This document shows positions 10,478 to 20,993 of a stretch of DNA of 64,000 nt, piece after piece. Under the pieces are notes generated by a model. That model saw nothing but the letters and a program-made list of their open reading frames with translations, had not been told where the DNA came from and made no database searches. The stretch comes from Promethearchaeia archaeon (GTDB lineage: Archaea; Asgardarchaeota; Lokiarchaeia; Sigyniarchaeales; SOKP01): NCBI GenBank assembly GCA_046483985.1, contig JAWOCD010000111.1, positions 1 through 64,000 of the forward strand. The letters are read 5' to 3'. Made by a program: the position numbers and the translations under genes. Every line of letters begins with the position of its first letter. The first letter of the stretch is position 1.

Positions 10478-11533
10478 TTAACATATGCGAGGGATAGGTT
10501 CTCCCAATGGAACATCGATAAATCGCTTGCCACCCACGGTGGTTTCTAATAAGACATTTCCTCGATTTTCTCCGATAACTGTTCCAATAATCTCTGCATC
10601 TTTACCCGATTCCGTTTTTTTTATCTTTTCTAATATCTCATTGGCTTTTTCGGGAACACATGAAAGAAGTGCCCTCCCTTCGCATGCAATATTATACGGA
10701 TCAAGCCCCAACATGTTGCAGATTGCGGTTACTTCCTTTTTAATGGGGACAGCGTCTTCTTCTATAAGGATTCCGACATCTGATTTTTTAGCCCATTCAT
10801 TAAGTGCTCCAGCGATCCCTCCTCTCGTGGGATCTTTCATTGCATGGATCATATTCTCACTTATTTCATCATGAATAGCATCCTTCATATCAAGCAAAAG
10901 TCCCACATCAGATTGTAAATCAGTAGAAATGCCGTATTCACCTCGAGAAGATATCAACGCCGTACCGTGGTCTCCGATGGTGCCAGTAACTATGATCTTA
11001 TCACCAACTTTTAGGTTTTTATCTTCGATCTTTATCGATTTATCTTTAATGCCAATCCCTGTGGTTGCTATAATTATTTCATTTAGGCTACCTTTCGGCA
11101 TGATTTTTGTGTCCCCCGCGATTATGGCTAAATTTGCTTCCTTTGCTTTTGAATTAAATGAATGAATTATCTTATCTAATCTGTCGAATTCAAATCCCTC
11201 TTCAATAATAACGATAGAGGTCAACGCGATGGGGTCTGCCCCCATCATTAATAAATCGTTTACGGTTCCGGTGATGCTTAAAATACCCAAATCTCCTCCA
11301 GGGAAAGTTAACGGATAGACGGTATGGCCATCGGCAGACACCACTATCTCTTTCTCATATACATCTAAAGGAATGGTCGCTCCATCATCCAACTCTTCTA
11401 CGCCAATACCATTCTTCACCTTCTTAAAAGAAATGTTTTCTGTAATGAAACGGATGAGTTTCTCTTGTAAGACCCCTCCAGCTCCGTGAGCTAATCGAAC
11501 TACATCCGATTTCTTTTCCTTTTCATTATCCAT
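10478..11533 (-). CDS. hypE: Hydrogenase maturation factor HypE
   Basis: LAHGAGG, FPGGDLG, GDTK and DPTRGG motifs; C-terminal PRIC. Confidence 0.97.
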   Translation of the reverse strand: MDNEKEKKSDVVRLAHGAGGVLQEKLIRFITENISFKKVKNGIGVEELDDGATIPLDVYEKEIVVSADGHTVYPLTFPGGDLGILSITGTVNDLLMMGADPIALTSIVIIEEGFEFDRLDKIIHSFNSKAKEANLAIIAGDTKIMPKGSLNEIIIATTGIGIKDKSIKIEDKNLKVGDKIIVTGTIGDHGTALISSRGEYGISTDLQSDVGLLLDMKDAIHDEISENMIHAMKDPTRGGIAGALNEWAKKSDVGILIEEDAVPIKKEVTAICNMLGLDPYNIACEGRALLSCVPEKANEILEKIKKTESGKDAEIIGTVIGENRGNVLLETTVGGKRFIDVPLGEPIPRIC

Positions 11534-11690
11534 ACTACAATAATGAATGAAAATTCGGATTTAAGCATTAGGTTATCAAATATTCCTTATTGAGCTTCGA
11601 ATCCCAATCTGGGAAAGGAATAAAGCTACTATGAGAAATTATTGATCATAATCCCATAGTTTAAATTAATATAGATTTTTAATTACTTGA

Positions 11691-14099
11691 ATGAACCAAA
11701 AAACAGTAGAAATTAATATAACGGGAATTGTGCAAGGCGTTGGATTCCGACCCTTTTTATTTAATCTTGCTCGAGATTTAGGGCTAAAGGGGTATGTGCT
11801 AAATCGCGGGAATGCCGGAGTTCGGCTTGTTCTCCAAGGAAAGGAGAATGCAATTGATACATTTGCCGAAAGAGTACAACAAGAAAAACCAAATATCTCG
11901 TATATCGAAAATTTGGCGGTGGAAACAAATCAACCGGAAAAACAATATACCCAACTCGAAATAAGAAAAAGCGAGCAAGGCAGAGGAATAAGCCTTACCT
12001 TGCCACCCGATGTGGGAATTTGTGACGAATGCCTTAGGGATATGCGGAATAAGGAGTTACCAAAATATTATCAATATCCCTTCATTGCGTGTGCAGAATG
12101 CGGCCCCCGCTTTACTACGGTTGAAGCACTCCCCTATGATAGAGAAAGAACTACAATGGGGGAATTTCCCTTTTGTTCAGAGGGGAACCCGGAATCATGT
12201 CAAGAGGAGTATTCCGATTTTAATAATCGGCGATTCCACGCTCAAACCTTTGGATGCTCTGTTTGTGGTCCAAATTACACATTATATAACAAATCAAGAG
12301 AGGTTATAGAAAAGCAATCGATTAAATCCATTCTCAAAAATGCCGCTCAGCGAATTAATAATGGAGAAATTGCAGCTGTTAAGGGAATTGGCGGCGTGCA
12401 TTTAGTTTGCCTCGCGAATAACGATGATGTAATATTAAAGCTCCGAGAACGGAAGGGAGAAAGAAAATATAAACCGTTTGCGGTGATGATTCCGGAAATT
12501 GATATAATCAAGCCATATTTTCAAATTTCTCGAAAAGAAAAAGAGATATTACAATCATATCGACGTCCCATCGTCTTATTGGAACAAAAAGAAAATGTCC
12601 AGCCTTCAAATATTAGCTCTTGGGTGGCACCTGGTTTAAATAATGCAGGATTTATGCTCCCCTACACAGGTATTCATTATTTATTATTTGATTTCATAGG
12701 GAAAAAATCCCTCATTTATACGAGCGGAAATAAGTCAAATATCCCTATGGGTATCGACAATGAAAAGATCTTTAATCAATTAGAAGAATTAGCAGACTTC
12801 TTTCTTTTACATGATCGTCCAATTTATCAACGCGCAGATGATAGTGTGCTTAGAGTTCATGACGATAAGATGAAGATTATCAGAAGATCAAGAGGGTATG
12901 TGCCCGAATATCTTCCGCTCCCCTTTAAAGTTGATATTCCAGCGGCACTCGCAACTGGTCCTGAATTGAATGTTACCGGTGCAGTATTAAGACGGAACCG
13001 TATTTTCCCCACCCAACATATCGGAAACGTGAATAATTTAGAAACCTTTGAGTTCATAAAAGATGCGCTGTTTCATATGAAGAATCTCTTGCAGATTAAG
13101 GATGAAGAAATAACATATATCGCATGTGATAGCCATCCCGCGTTTACCACCACCCAGTTGGGAAAAGAATTAGCAAATCAATATGAAATTCCGCTTATAG
13201 ACGTCCAGCACCATTATGCGCATCTCTTAGGACTAATGGCCGAGAATAAGATTCGCCCAGAAGAATCCATCATAGGAATTACCACGGATGGTGTGGGATA
13301 TGGAGATGACGGAAATATATGGGGCGGCGAAATACTGCTGGCGAATTATGAAACTTATCAGCGGATTGGGCATTTGGAATATCAACCTATGATCGGGGGC
13401 GATAGAGCCACAAAATATCCTGCTCGCATGCTGGCATCAATTATCTTAAATACGGTGGGAATTGAAAAAGCTAAAAAGTATTTTAATGAACTGGAAATAG
13501 AGAAGGATTTGGAGTATGGGAAAGAGGAATTAACGGTTATAATAGGAGAATTCCAGCAAGCAAACGGGCACTATCCTTCAAAGAATATTCCCTTAACCAG
13601 TTCTACCGGTCGGATATTGGATGCCGTTTCCTATTTACTCGGCGCTTGCAATAAAAAGACCTATCGAGGTGAACCAGCAATGAGACTCGAGGGTTTGGCA
13701 GCCCATGGTACAGCAAAAAAGATTTCTTTCGAATTACAATCATATATGGCCGACGGAACCGTCATAATTAACACCTCCCAAGCAATTATGGATATTTGGG
13801 ATCTATTATATAAGCAAAAGAAGAGCCCGGCAGACATTGCAGCAAAATTTCAAAAGGAATTAGGGAGGGCATACGCCCGAATCGGCATTAAATCGGCTGA
13901 AGATCATAACATTAAAAAGATTGGATTCACTGGAGGAGTTGCCTATAATTACGGAATAACCAAAGCCATTAAAGATGAGGTCAGTAAAGCAAACTTAATA
14001 TTTCTCGAACACGATAAAATTCCCCCTGGTGACGCGGGAATTAGCATCGGGCAATTAATTGGGGGTTTATTTCAATTCAAAAAACGGACTAACGCTTAA
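11691..14099 (+). CDS. hypF: Carbamoyltransferase HypF
   Basis: Acylphosphatase GIVQGVGFRPF, two zinc fingers (CxxC...CxxCGPRF), KGIGG, QHHYAH, DGVGYG and PPGDAGIS. Confidence 0.97.
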   Translation: MNQKTVEINITGIVQGVGFRPFLFNLARDLGLKGYVLNRGNAGVRLVLQGKENAIDTFAERVQQEKPNISYIENLAVETNQPEKQYTQLEIRKSEQGRGISLTLPPDVGICDECLRDMRNKELPKYYQYPFIACAECGPRFTTVEALPYDRERTTMGEFPFCSEGNPESCQEEYSDFNNRRFHAQTFGCSVCGPNYTLYNKSREVIEKQSIKSILKNAAQRINNGEIAAVKGIGGVHLVCLANNDDVILKLRERKGERKYKPFAVMIPEIDIIKPYFQISRKEKEILQSYRRPIVLLEQKENVQPSNISSWVAPGLNNAGFMLPYTGIHYLLFDFIGKKSLIYTSGNKSNIPMGIDNEKIFNQLEELADFFLLHDRPIYQRADDSVLRVHDDKMKIIRRSRGYVPEYLPLPFKVDIPAALATGPELNVTGAVLRRNRIFPTQHIGNVNNLETFEFIKDALFHMKNLLQIKDEEITYIACDSHPAFTTTQLGKELANQYEIPLIDVQHHYAHLLGLMAENKIRPEESIIGITTDGVGYGDDGNIWGGEILLANYETYQRIGHLEYQPMIGGDRATKYPARMLASIILNTVGIEKAKKYFNELEIEKDLEYGKEELTVIIGEFQQANGHYPSKNIPLTSSTGRILDAVSYLLGACNKKTYRGEPAMRLEGLAAHGTAKKISFELQSYMADGTVIINTSQAIMDIWDLLYKQKKSPADIAAKFQKELGRAYARIGIKSAEDHNIKKIGFTGGVAYNYGITKAIKDEVSKANLIFLEHDKIPPGDAGISIGQLIGGLFQFKKRTNA

Positions 14100-14580
14100 A
14101 TGGAATCCATTTTGATACTTGTTTTCTGTACTCTTTGTATTCCTCGCCAAAAATTTCAACCAATTTTTCCTCCTCATAATTGACCATCATATCAAAAACA
14201 GAGAAAATTATTAGCCAAGCAAGCATAAGAGTAAGTGAAAGGGTTAGAACAACAAATGAAAAATAAATTAAAAGAATTCCCATATACATTGGATGGCGGA
14301 CATGATTGTATAGTCCCTTTTTTAAAAGACGCTGAGAATCATATACTTCTGGAGTAACCACCAGCCACGATTTCTTAATAATTAGTATTGATATAAGTAA
14401 TAAGCTTACAGAAATTCCAGAACGAAGAAGGTCTAATACCAGAACACCAAGCGGTAAATACAACTGCAGGAAAAGTACATCTATTCCCCAAACAGACGCA
14501 AAAAAGACGATAAATAGTATTTCTAACAGATGAGAATGGGGAAATTCTGCACCAATCCCGCATCCCTCTTCGGATCTCAT
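14089..14580 (-). CDS. Isoprenylcysteine carboxyl methyltransferase / PEMT family membrane protein
   Basis: GLYNHVRHPMY, EEEKL...FGEEYKEY and several TM segments. Confidence 0.85.
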   Translation of the reverse strand: MRSEEGCGIGAEFPHSHLLEILFIVFFASVWGIDVLFLQLYLPLGVLVLDLLRSGISVSLLLISILIIKKSWLVVTPEVYDSQRLLKKGLYNHVRHPMYMGILLIYFSFVVLTLSLTLMLAWLIIFSVFDMMVNYEEEKLVEIFGEEYKEYRKQVSKWIPFKR

Positions 14581-14845
14581 AAAATGATCACAAGATATGG
14601 CTTTATTTCGATTCTAATAAATTCCAATATAGTATTTAATATAAAATCTTCTGAATTCTTTAATTTTATACTCTATAGCTTGCTTAAATTTTCAGAAGTT
14701 AAAATAGGGCAAATTTCCTCAATAATATTGATATAATTAGTATAATCAATATATTTTAAATCGCACATTGCCCCAAAGCGAAAATCTCAAATAAAGCGAA
14801 GTATATTTCTTCTTAAGATAATTTTTATATTGATTTAATCTAATT

Positions 14846-15661
14846 ATGGTCTTAACAAAACGTATCATTCCTTGCTTGGATGTGACGGAAGGGCGTGTGG
14901 TTAAGGGCACAAGCTTCGTGAATTTAAGGGATGCGGGTAATGCAGTAGAACTTGCGGCGTATTATGATACTCATGGAGCAGATGAATTAGTCTTTTTAGA
15001 CATTACCGCATCCTCCGATAAGCGTAAGATCTTAAGGAACTTAGTCGAACGCACCGCCGAGCAGGTATTTATCCCTTTTACTGTCGGGGGCGGTATAAGA
15101 ACCGTGAAAGATATCAAGGAGATTTTACGAGCGGGAGCAGATAAAGTGTCAATTAATACCGCAGCGGAAAAAAGTCCAGAGATCATAAAAAAAGGGGCAA
15201 AAAAATTTGGTTCCCAATGCATTGTAACCGCAATAGACGCTAAACGGGTCTATGTAGACTCTCCAGAAAACGCACCCGAGAAAACTACGGTGAAGGTAAA
15301 TGTTGGTTACTGCTGGTGGGAGGTATATATTCATGGAGGAAGAACTCCCACCGGAAGGGATGCCGTAAAATGGGGAAAGACTGTAACCAATTTGGGAAGT
15401 GGTGAAATTCTGCTCACGAGTATGGATCAAGACGGGCAAAAGAGTGGCTATGATTTAGAATTAACGAGAATATTTAGTGAAACCTTGGATGTGCCCATTA
15501 TCGCCTCTGGAGGGGCAGGTAGTCCGCAGCATATTATTGAGGCTTTTAAAATTGGAAAGGCAGATGCGGCTCTTGCAGCCTCTATATTCCATTTTAATGA
15601 GTTTTCAATTCAAGAAGTCAAGCGTAAATGTAAAAAGAAAGGAATTCCAATGAGGATATAA
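14846..15661 (+). CDS. hisF: Imidazole glycerol phosphate synthase cyclase subunit
   Basis: [27 protein letters not shown] and IASGGAG motifs. Confidence 0.98.
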   Translation: MVLTKRIIPCLDVTEGRVVKGTSFVNLRDAGNAVELAAYYDTHGADELVFLDITASSDKRKILRNLVERTAEQVFIPFTVGGGIRTVKDIKEILRAGADKVSINTAAEKSPEIIKKGAKKFGSQCIVTAIDAKRVYVDSPENAPEKTTVKVNVGYCWWEVYIHGGRTPTGRDAVKWGKTVTNLGSGEILLTSMDQDGQKSGYDLELTRIFSETLDVPIIASGGAGSPQHIIEAFKIGKADAALAASIFHFNEFSIQEVKRKCKKKGIPMRI

Positions 15662-15664
15662 ATA

Positions 15665-16294
15665 ATGAATTTTTATATAGCAATAATAGATTACGGCATG
15701 GGAAACTTAAAAAGCATCTATAAATGCTTCGAACATATCGGTGTGGATGCCAAAATTACAGCCCAAAAGTCAGAAATTCTTAAAGCCGATGGGGTCATTC
15801 TTCCGGGTGTCGGAGCTTTTGATGATGCTATGAAGAATTTACGCAAAAATAATCTAATCTCTGTTATTTCTCAAGTATTTAGGGAGAGAATCCCACTTTT
15901 TGGAATTTGTCTTGGTCTTCAACTATTATTTACAAAAAGTTATGAAATGGGCAAAAACAAGGGATTAGATATTATTCAGGGCGAAGTAATCCCCTTCAAT
16001 TTGGACAAAGTAGATAAGATTCCTCAGATCGGATGGAATAGCGTCAATTTTCAACAACCAGACCATTTTCTCACTGAAGATATTCCTAATGATTCTTATT
16101 TCTATTTTGTGCACAGTTTTTATGGAGTTCCCAAAAATAAAGATGCCATTCTCGGTCTCACAAGATACGGAGAAATCGAGTTCGGTTCCATGATCTCGAA
16201 AGAGAGCGTTTTTGCCACCCAATTCCATCCAGAGAAATCAAGTCGATACGGAATTCAAATGTATGAGAATTTTATCAAGCATTGCAGAAAGTAG
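15665..16294 (+). CDS. hisH: Imidazole glycerol phosphate synthase glutaminase subunit
   Basis: DYGMGN, LPGVG, GICLG, YFVHS and QFHPEKS motifs. Confidence 0.98.
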   Translation: MNFYIAIIDYGMGNLKSIYKCFEHIGVDAKITAQKSEILKADGVILPGVGAFDDAMKNLRKNNLISVISQVFRERIPLFGICLGLQLLFTKSYEMGKNKGLDIIQGEVIPFNLDKVDKIPQIGWNSVNFQQPDHFLTEDIPNDSYFYFVHSFYGVPKNKDAILGLTRYGEIEFGSMISKESVFATQFHPEKSSRYGIQMYENFIKHCRK

Positions 16295-16319
16295 GAGGAA
16301 TATTCTTTATCCTTTTCAC

Positions 16320-16357
16320 GGCGTTCCAATACGAAGTTTATATCGCGGATCAGCTTT
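16320..16357 (-). repeat. Dispersed ~38-bp repeat (gene-fragment remnant), copy 1
   Basis: 33/38 identical to 21746-21783; the minus strand reads KLIRDINFVLER. Confidence 0.6.
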
Positions 16358-16596
16358 TTGGTATAACGTTTGAAGTCGGGAAAGTCGCTGACTGGGACTT
16401 ATCTTATGATCCGTGGGGGTCGGGGATCCGAAAGTTGCATTTAGATAAATTGATTCAAATGCTTAACTCGGAGAATCTTATTTCTTCAGAGCTTCAGAGA
16501 ATGAAAAAGAGATTTTGGATGAGGAAATAGATACTCTCCAATATTTAAAAAAAATAGGAAATATTATGAATATGAAATCAAAAATAGTTTTTGGAT

Positions 16597-18168
16597 TTAT
16601 TTTGCTATTTTAGGAGCTTGTTCCAAATGTTCTAACATAAAATCTTCTTCTTGCTTCTCAGCCTGATATTTAAGGACTTCTTCAATGTGTTCAAATTTCA
16701 TGAGTTTTTTCATCTCATCCGAAACGGCAGCACCGGTAATTCCCTGAGTATGAAGCATATCCATGCCTGTTCTCATAACTTCCTTAATAAATTTCGGGAG
16801 ATTTCCCAACATCCAACGAAATTTACCAAAGGGATTCAAATATCGTTTAGCTTGGGTTTTCATCCATTCTTTATCCAGATAGGTTGCTCCATAGGCCTCA
16901 GCAACTAAACGCCATATTTCATTTTTATTTAATTTATCGGTTTCCATCATAGGATGGAAAAGATCGTAATATTTGTAATTATGAGTAGTAATCTTGTCCG
17001 CTTCTTTCATTTCATCATAGAATTCTGTCCCAGGAAATGCAGTAATGGGGGTAAATTGCATAAGAGTGAGATTTAAAGAGCGAGCAAATTGAATCGTTTC
17101 TCGCACCATTCTTTTGGTTTCTCCGGGGTATCCAATGATAATCCCCCCAAAAATTGATATTCCGCGATCGTGAAGCATTGAAACAACTTTTCGTGTCATT
17201 TCAGGAGTTGTGTTTTGTTTATTCATAGCATTTAAGCTCTGTTGATGAACAGATTCAATTCCTAAAAAGACTTGCCGCATATTCGTCTCATCCATCAAAT
17301 CAATTATCCACGGATTTCGATATAATGTGTCTATACGTGATTGACAACTTAATTTGATTTTATTATGAATTCCCGATTTCTTTACGGCTTCCAAAATTTT
17401 TTTTGTTCTTTTTGGAAGGATCGTAAAATTATCCTCACAAAAGAAGATAAAATCATTTTTCCAATCAATATCATAAATTTCTCTCATAATACGTTTAAGA
17501 CTCTTGGTTCTATATGCAAGATTAGAACGAGAATCCTTCCACATCTTTGCGATACAACAGAACTTACAATTGTGCGGACACCCCCGTGAAGTTTCGAGGG
17601 TTGCTACTTGAGAGCCGAGATATACGTATTTACTCATGTCCAATAAATCCCGTCGCGGCTTGGGAAAATTATCTAAATTTGGTTCCAAACCTCTATCTTG
17701 ATTGTGTCTAATATTTCCTTCATCATTCTTATATGAAATTCCGGCAATATCCTTTTTCTTAGCCTCTGGTTGCTGTTCACTCTCAAGAAAATCGATAATT
17801 TCTTTAAATGTGTTTTCACCCTCTCCACGAACTGTAAAGTCAACACTTTCATCTTTTGCAACAAATTCTGGTGCTAAGGTCGGATGGTATCCCCCTAAAA
17901 TAGTTGTACATCCATGCTCCTTAGCCATTTCGGCTACATCCAACGCTTGATAAATTTGAGGAGTCATGCTCGTTATCGCCACTACATCGGATCGATTTAA
18001 TTGAGAACGAAAGCGCTTTTCATTATAGTCATCGACTTTAAAATCAAACAATTCCGCTCCATGTTCCGGCACCATAGCCGCAAGGGAAATTAAACTCAGG
18101 GGCGGAGACTTAATAATTGAATCTAACCCCGAATCCAATTTCGGCGGATTAATATATAATATTTCCAT
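16597..18168 (-). CDS. B12-binding (class B) radical SAM protein
   Basis: N-terminal cobalamin-binding-like domain (PPLSL..., GGYHPT, VRGEGE); ETSRGCPHNCKFC; GIES motif. Confidence 0.9.
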   Translation of the reverse strand: MEILYINPPKLDSGLDSIIKSPPLSLISLAAMVPEHGAELFDFKVDDYNEKRFRSQLNRSDVVAITSMTPQIYQALDVAEMAKEHGCTTILGGYHPTLAPEFVAKDESVDFTVRGEGENTFKEIIDFLESEQQPEAKKKDIAGISYKNDEGNIRHNQDRGLEPNLDNFPKPRRDLLDMSKYVYLGSQVATLETSRGCPHNCKFCCIAKMWKDSRSNLAYRTKSLKRIMREIYDIDWKNDFIFFCEDNFTILPKRTKKILEAVKKSGIHNKIKLSCQSRIDTLYRNPWIIDLMDETNMRQVFLGIESVHQQSLNAMNKQNTTPEMTRKVVSMLHDRGISIFGGIIIGYPGETKRMVRETIQFARSLNLTLMQFTPITAFPGTEFYDEMKEADKITTHNYKYYDLFHPMMETDKLNKNEIWRLVAEAYGATYLDKEWMKTQAKRYLNPFGKFRWMLGNLPKFIKEVMRTGMDMLHTQGITGAAVSDEMKKLMKFEHIEEVLKYQAEKQEEDFMLEHLEQAPKIAK

Positions 18169-18417
18169 TAGTTAAACCTTTTTATGAATTATAATATATA
18201 GTAAAATAGTTTCATATTTAAATTGTTGGATCTACATTCCCTTTTAAGATATCCTTTGTAATACTACATAGATTATTGTTGGATTTACATATATTTTTAA
18301 TTTAAAAAAAGCATATATTTAAATATGTGCTCTAGAAGTTATAAAACTGATTGATGTAAGAAACTCAAGAGTTTACCAGAAAAATGCTGAATGCTGTAAG
18401 AATTGTTGCAGCGGTAA

Positions 18418-18503
18418 TTGAAGTCTCTCCGCCCTAAAGGACGGGGATTCCTACGAGTCCACTAAGCGTTAGCTGGTGGGCATATCTTAGGGCTGTGTTA
18501 AAA
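18418..18503 (-). mobile_element. IS200/IS605 right-end-like non-autonomous element, family A copy 2
   Basis: Plus strand TTGAAGTCTCTCCGCCCTAAAGGACGGGGATTCCTACGAGTCCACTAAGCG...GGGCATATCTTAGGG; homologous to 8935-9025. Confidence 0.65.
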
Positions 18504-20036
18504 TTAACATCTTTCTTTAACGATAGAATTTTCCCCTTGAGCAATTTTATCAATAGATTTGAGAGGGTATTCTTCGGTGAGACATGCTGTACATAACTCA
18601 TTTCTTCCTTTTCCTATGGCTTTTGTAAGATCATCGACTGTTTGATAACGCAAACTATCAGCTCCAATCTCTTTTCGAATCCCGTCAATAAAGGAATCTC
18701 CATATTCCGCTTGCATTCGTCCAGCGATTAATTCAGCACGTGTTGGAAAATCAATTCCCATGTAACAAGCACTGATTACCGGGGGACAACTAATTCGAAC
18801 GTGCACAGAGTTTCCCCCCGCTTCTCTAATTAAAGAAACAATCTGTTTGGACGTAGTTCCGCGTACTATAGAATCATCCATCAGAATTATATCTTTTCCT
18901 TGCACTACGTTTTTAATGGGATTTAACTTTTCTTTTACTGCGGCCTTTCTCTGTTTTTGTCCAGGCATTATAAAGGTCCTCCACACATACCTATTCTTCA
19001 TAAGACCTTCGGTATAAGGAAGCTGCGCCTCTTTAGCATAGCCTACAGCAGAGCTCCTTCCCGAATCGGGAACTGGAACCACTATTGCATTCTTTTTAAA
19101 TTCGGTATCCTTCAGTAGAGGGTCCTTACGTGCAAGTAATTTTCCCAGGCGAACTCGCGCCTCTGCAACGGACACGCCATCGATTACGGAATCAGGCCGC
19201 GCAAAATAGACAAACTCAAACATACACAATGCCTTTCGCTGAGAACGGATAATGGTTTCGGAGTGAATATCTTTCTGATGACTCAAGTGGACAATCTCGC
19301 CCGGTTTCACATCTCGCAAGAAGGTTGCCCCGACTGCATCGATAGCACAAGATTCCGAAGAAACAAAATAAAGATTTCGCTCTTCAGTCTTAAGTTCTCC
19401 AATGCATAATGGTTTAAACCCGAGTGGGTCACGCATAGCATAAATATCACCATTTGAGGTTAACAAAATAAGAGAATAAGATCCGTTAAGAAATTTGCTC
19501 GCAACCTTTAAAACCTCAGCCCAGTCCTCAGTAGCTTGGGCAATACTTCCAAATAATTGCGCCATTACTTCAGTATCTGTATTTGTAACAAAAACCCGTC
19601 CCATCTCATCCATTCGCTCTTTAATGTCATCATAATTCGGGATAGTGCCGTTAAAGGCTAATGAGAATTCTACTTCACTATTTTTAAAATGATAAGGTTG
19701 GAGGTATTCAAGGGAAGAATATCCTTGTGGACCTGTTGTGCCATACCGGTTATGACCAATCCCTACATTCCCCCAAAACTTAGAAAGGGTTTTCTTATTC
19801 AAAACTTTCGAAACTAGCCCTTTCTTTTTATGGGTGTGAATATCCCCGCCAGTTTTTAAAATAGAAATACCCGTCGACTCTTGACCACGATGTTGGAGGG
19901 CAATTAAACCCGTATACAGAAATTTCGCCACGGAAAAACCAATATCATTGCAAGTAACTCCAAAAACAGCGCATTGTTCTTTTGGTTTATCTTCCTTTAA
20001 TATAGAAGAATTTTTTTTTCGATTAATGAATGGCAT
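18504..20036 (-). CDS. purF: Amidophosphoribosyltransferase (Fe-S type, with propeptide)
   Basis: Propeptide followed by CAVFG; QHRGQE, GHNRYGT, PVPDSG and DDSIVRGTT motifs; Fe-S cysteines. Confidence 0.97.
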   Translation of the reverse strand: MPFINRKKNSSILKEDKPKEQCAVFGVTCNDIGFSVAKFLYTGLIALQHRGQESTGISILKTGGDIHTHKKKGLVSKVLNKKTLSKFWGNVGIGHNRYGTTGPQGYSSLEYLQPYHFKNSEVEFSLAFNGTIPNYDDIKERMDEMGRVFVTNTDTEVMAQLFGSIAQATEDWAEVLKVASKFLNGSYSLILLTSNGDIYAMRDPLGFKPLCIGELKTEERNLYFVSSESCAIDAVGATFLRDVKPGEIVHLSHQKDIHSETIIRSQRKALCMFEFVYFARPDSVIDGVSVAEARVRLGKLLARKDPLLKDTEFKKNAIVVPVPDSGRSSAVGYAKEAQLPYTEGLMKNRYVWRTFIMPGQKQRKAAVKEKLNPIKNVVQGKDIILMDDSIVRGTTSKQIVSLIREAGGNSVHVRISCPPVISACYMGIDFPTRAELIAGRMQAEYGDSFIDGIRKEIGADSLRYQTVDDLTKAIGKGRNELCTACLTEEYPLKSIDKIAQGENSIVKERC

Positions 20037-20157
20037 TTTACCAATTAGAGAAGAGAGAATATTAATTCTTTAATTATCATTTCTTTAGTTCAATTAGTTT
20101 AAAATATTTAAAAAATTTAATATTTTCTATTATAAAGTATATCTTTATTGCGAGCAC

Positions 20158-20832
20158 GTGGTAGACTTGAGCGATAATCACAGAGAACTTGCGTTCGTTA
20201 TTTTGATAGGCGGAAAAAGCCGAAGATTTGGGACCGATAAAGGACTCTTTGAGTTTCGCGGGAAGCCCTTAATTGAATATCAACTCCAAAGATTAAGGAA
20301 ATTTAATAGAAAAATCTTTATCAGCACCAAATCAAAAATGCAACTGAAGAATTACAGGGAAAAAATACAAAAGACTGACGATCTCACCTTTATTTTAGAC
20401 GAGAAAGATGTAAACATTAATTCCAAAATAAAAACTCCTCTTATTGGAATCTACTCGGCATTTCAAAAATTAAAGGAATTAAATATAAAAAGTGCATTTA
20501 CCTTACCGTGTGATAGCCCTTTAATACATCCAGATGTTGTTGGTCTTATAATAGATTATTCCAAGAGTTTTGATTGTGTTATCCCTCAATGGGAAAATGG
20601 TTTTTTAGAACCGTTATTTGCAATCTATCCGGTGGAGTCAACGTATTATAATGCAAGAGAAAATCTCTTAAAAGGTCATTATAAATTGATTAAATTGCTT
20701 GATTCTGCGTTGAAAATTAAATATATCTCCATAGAAAAGGAGATTCAAGAGTTAGATGAGGATCTCCAAACATTTCTAAATGTTAATAAAAAGAGCGATT
20801 TGAAAGAATTAAGGGGTCTCTTTCAAGATTGA
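20158..20832 (+). CDS. mobA: Molybdenum cofactor guanylyltransferase MobA-like (paralog 1)
   Basis: LIGGKSRRFGTDK, PCDSP, EPLFAIY and FLNVN motifs. Confidence 0.85.
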   Translation: MVDLSDNHRELAFVILIGGKSRRFGTDKGLFEFRGKPLIEYQLQRLRKFNRKIFISTKSKMQLKNYREKIQKTDDLTFILDEKDVNINSKIKTPLIGIYSAFQKLKELNIKSAFTLPCDSPLIHPDVVGLIIDYSKSFDCVIPQWENGFLEPLFAIYPVESTYYNARENLLKGHYKLIKLLDSALKIKYISIEKEIQELDEDLQTFLNVNKKSDLKELRGLFQD

Positions 20833-20879
20833 AGCCTTCCCTCCCTTAAAAGGAGGTTTCTTTCGAGTCCACTAAACGT
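20829..20879 (-). mobile_element. IS200/IS605 right-end-like remnant, family A copy 3 (truncated)
   Basis: TTGAAGCCTTCCCTCCCTTAAAAGGAGGTTTCTTTCGAGTCCACTAAACGT; its TTGAA overlaps the mobA TGA stop codon. Confidence 0.55.
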
Positions 20880-20993
20880 GAATTTTTTTATCTAAAAACT
20901 TTAAGAGAGCATTTTGCTTTTTCGATAAATTTTAAATAAAAAAAGATTTCTATTGATAGTAACTAAATCATTATTAAAATAATGATATCATAG

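Noticed and set aside
11581-11622. Inverted repeats TATTCCTT/AAGGAATA and TCCCA/TGGGA between hypE and hypF
   Set aside because: Short and AT-rich with no second instance in the window; cannot be distinguished from chance.
16282-16530. 82-aa plus-strand ORF after hisH
   Set aside because: Overlaps hisH and has no motif. The homology with 21746-21783 is better explained by a minus-strand gene relic.
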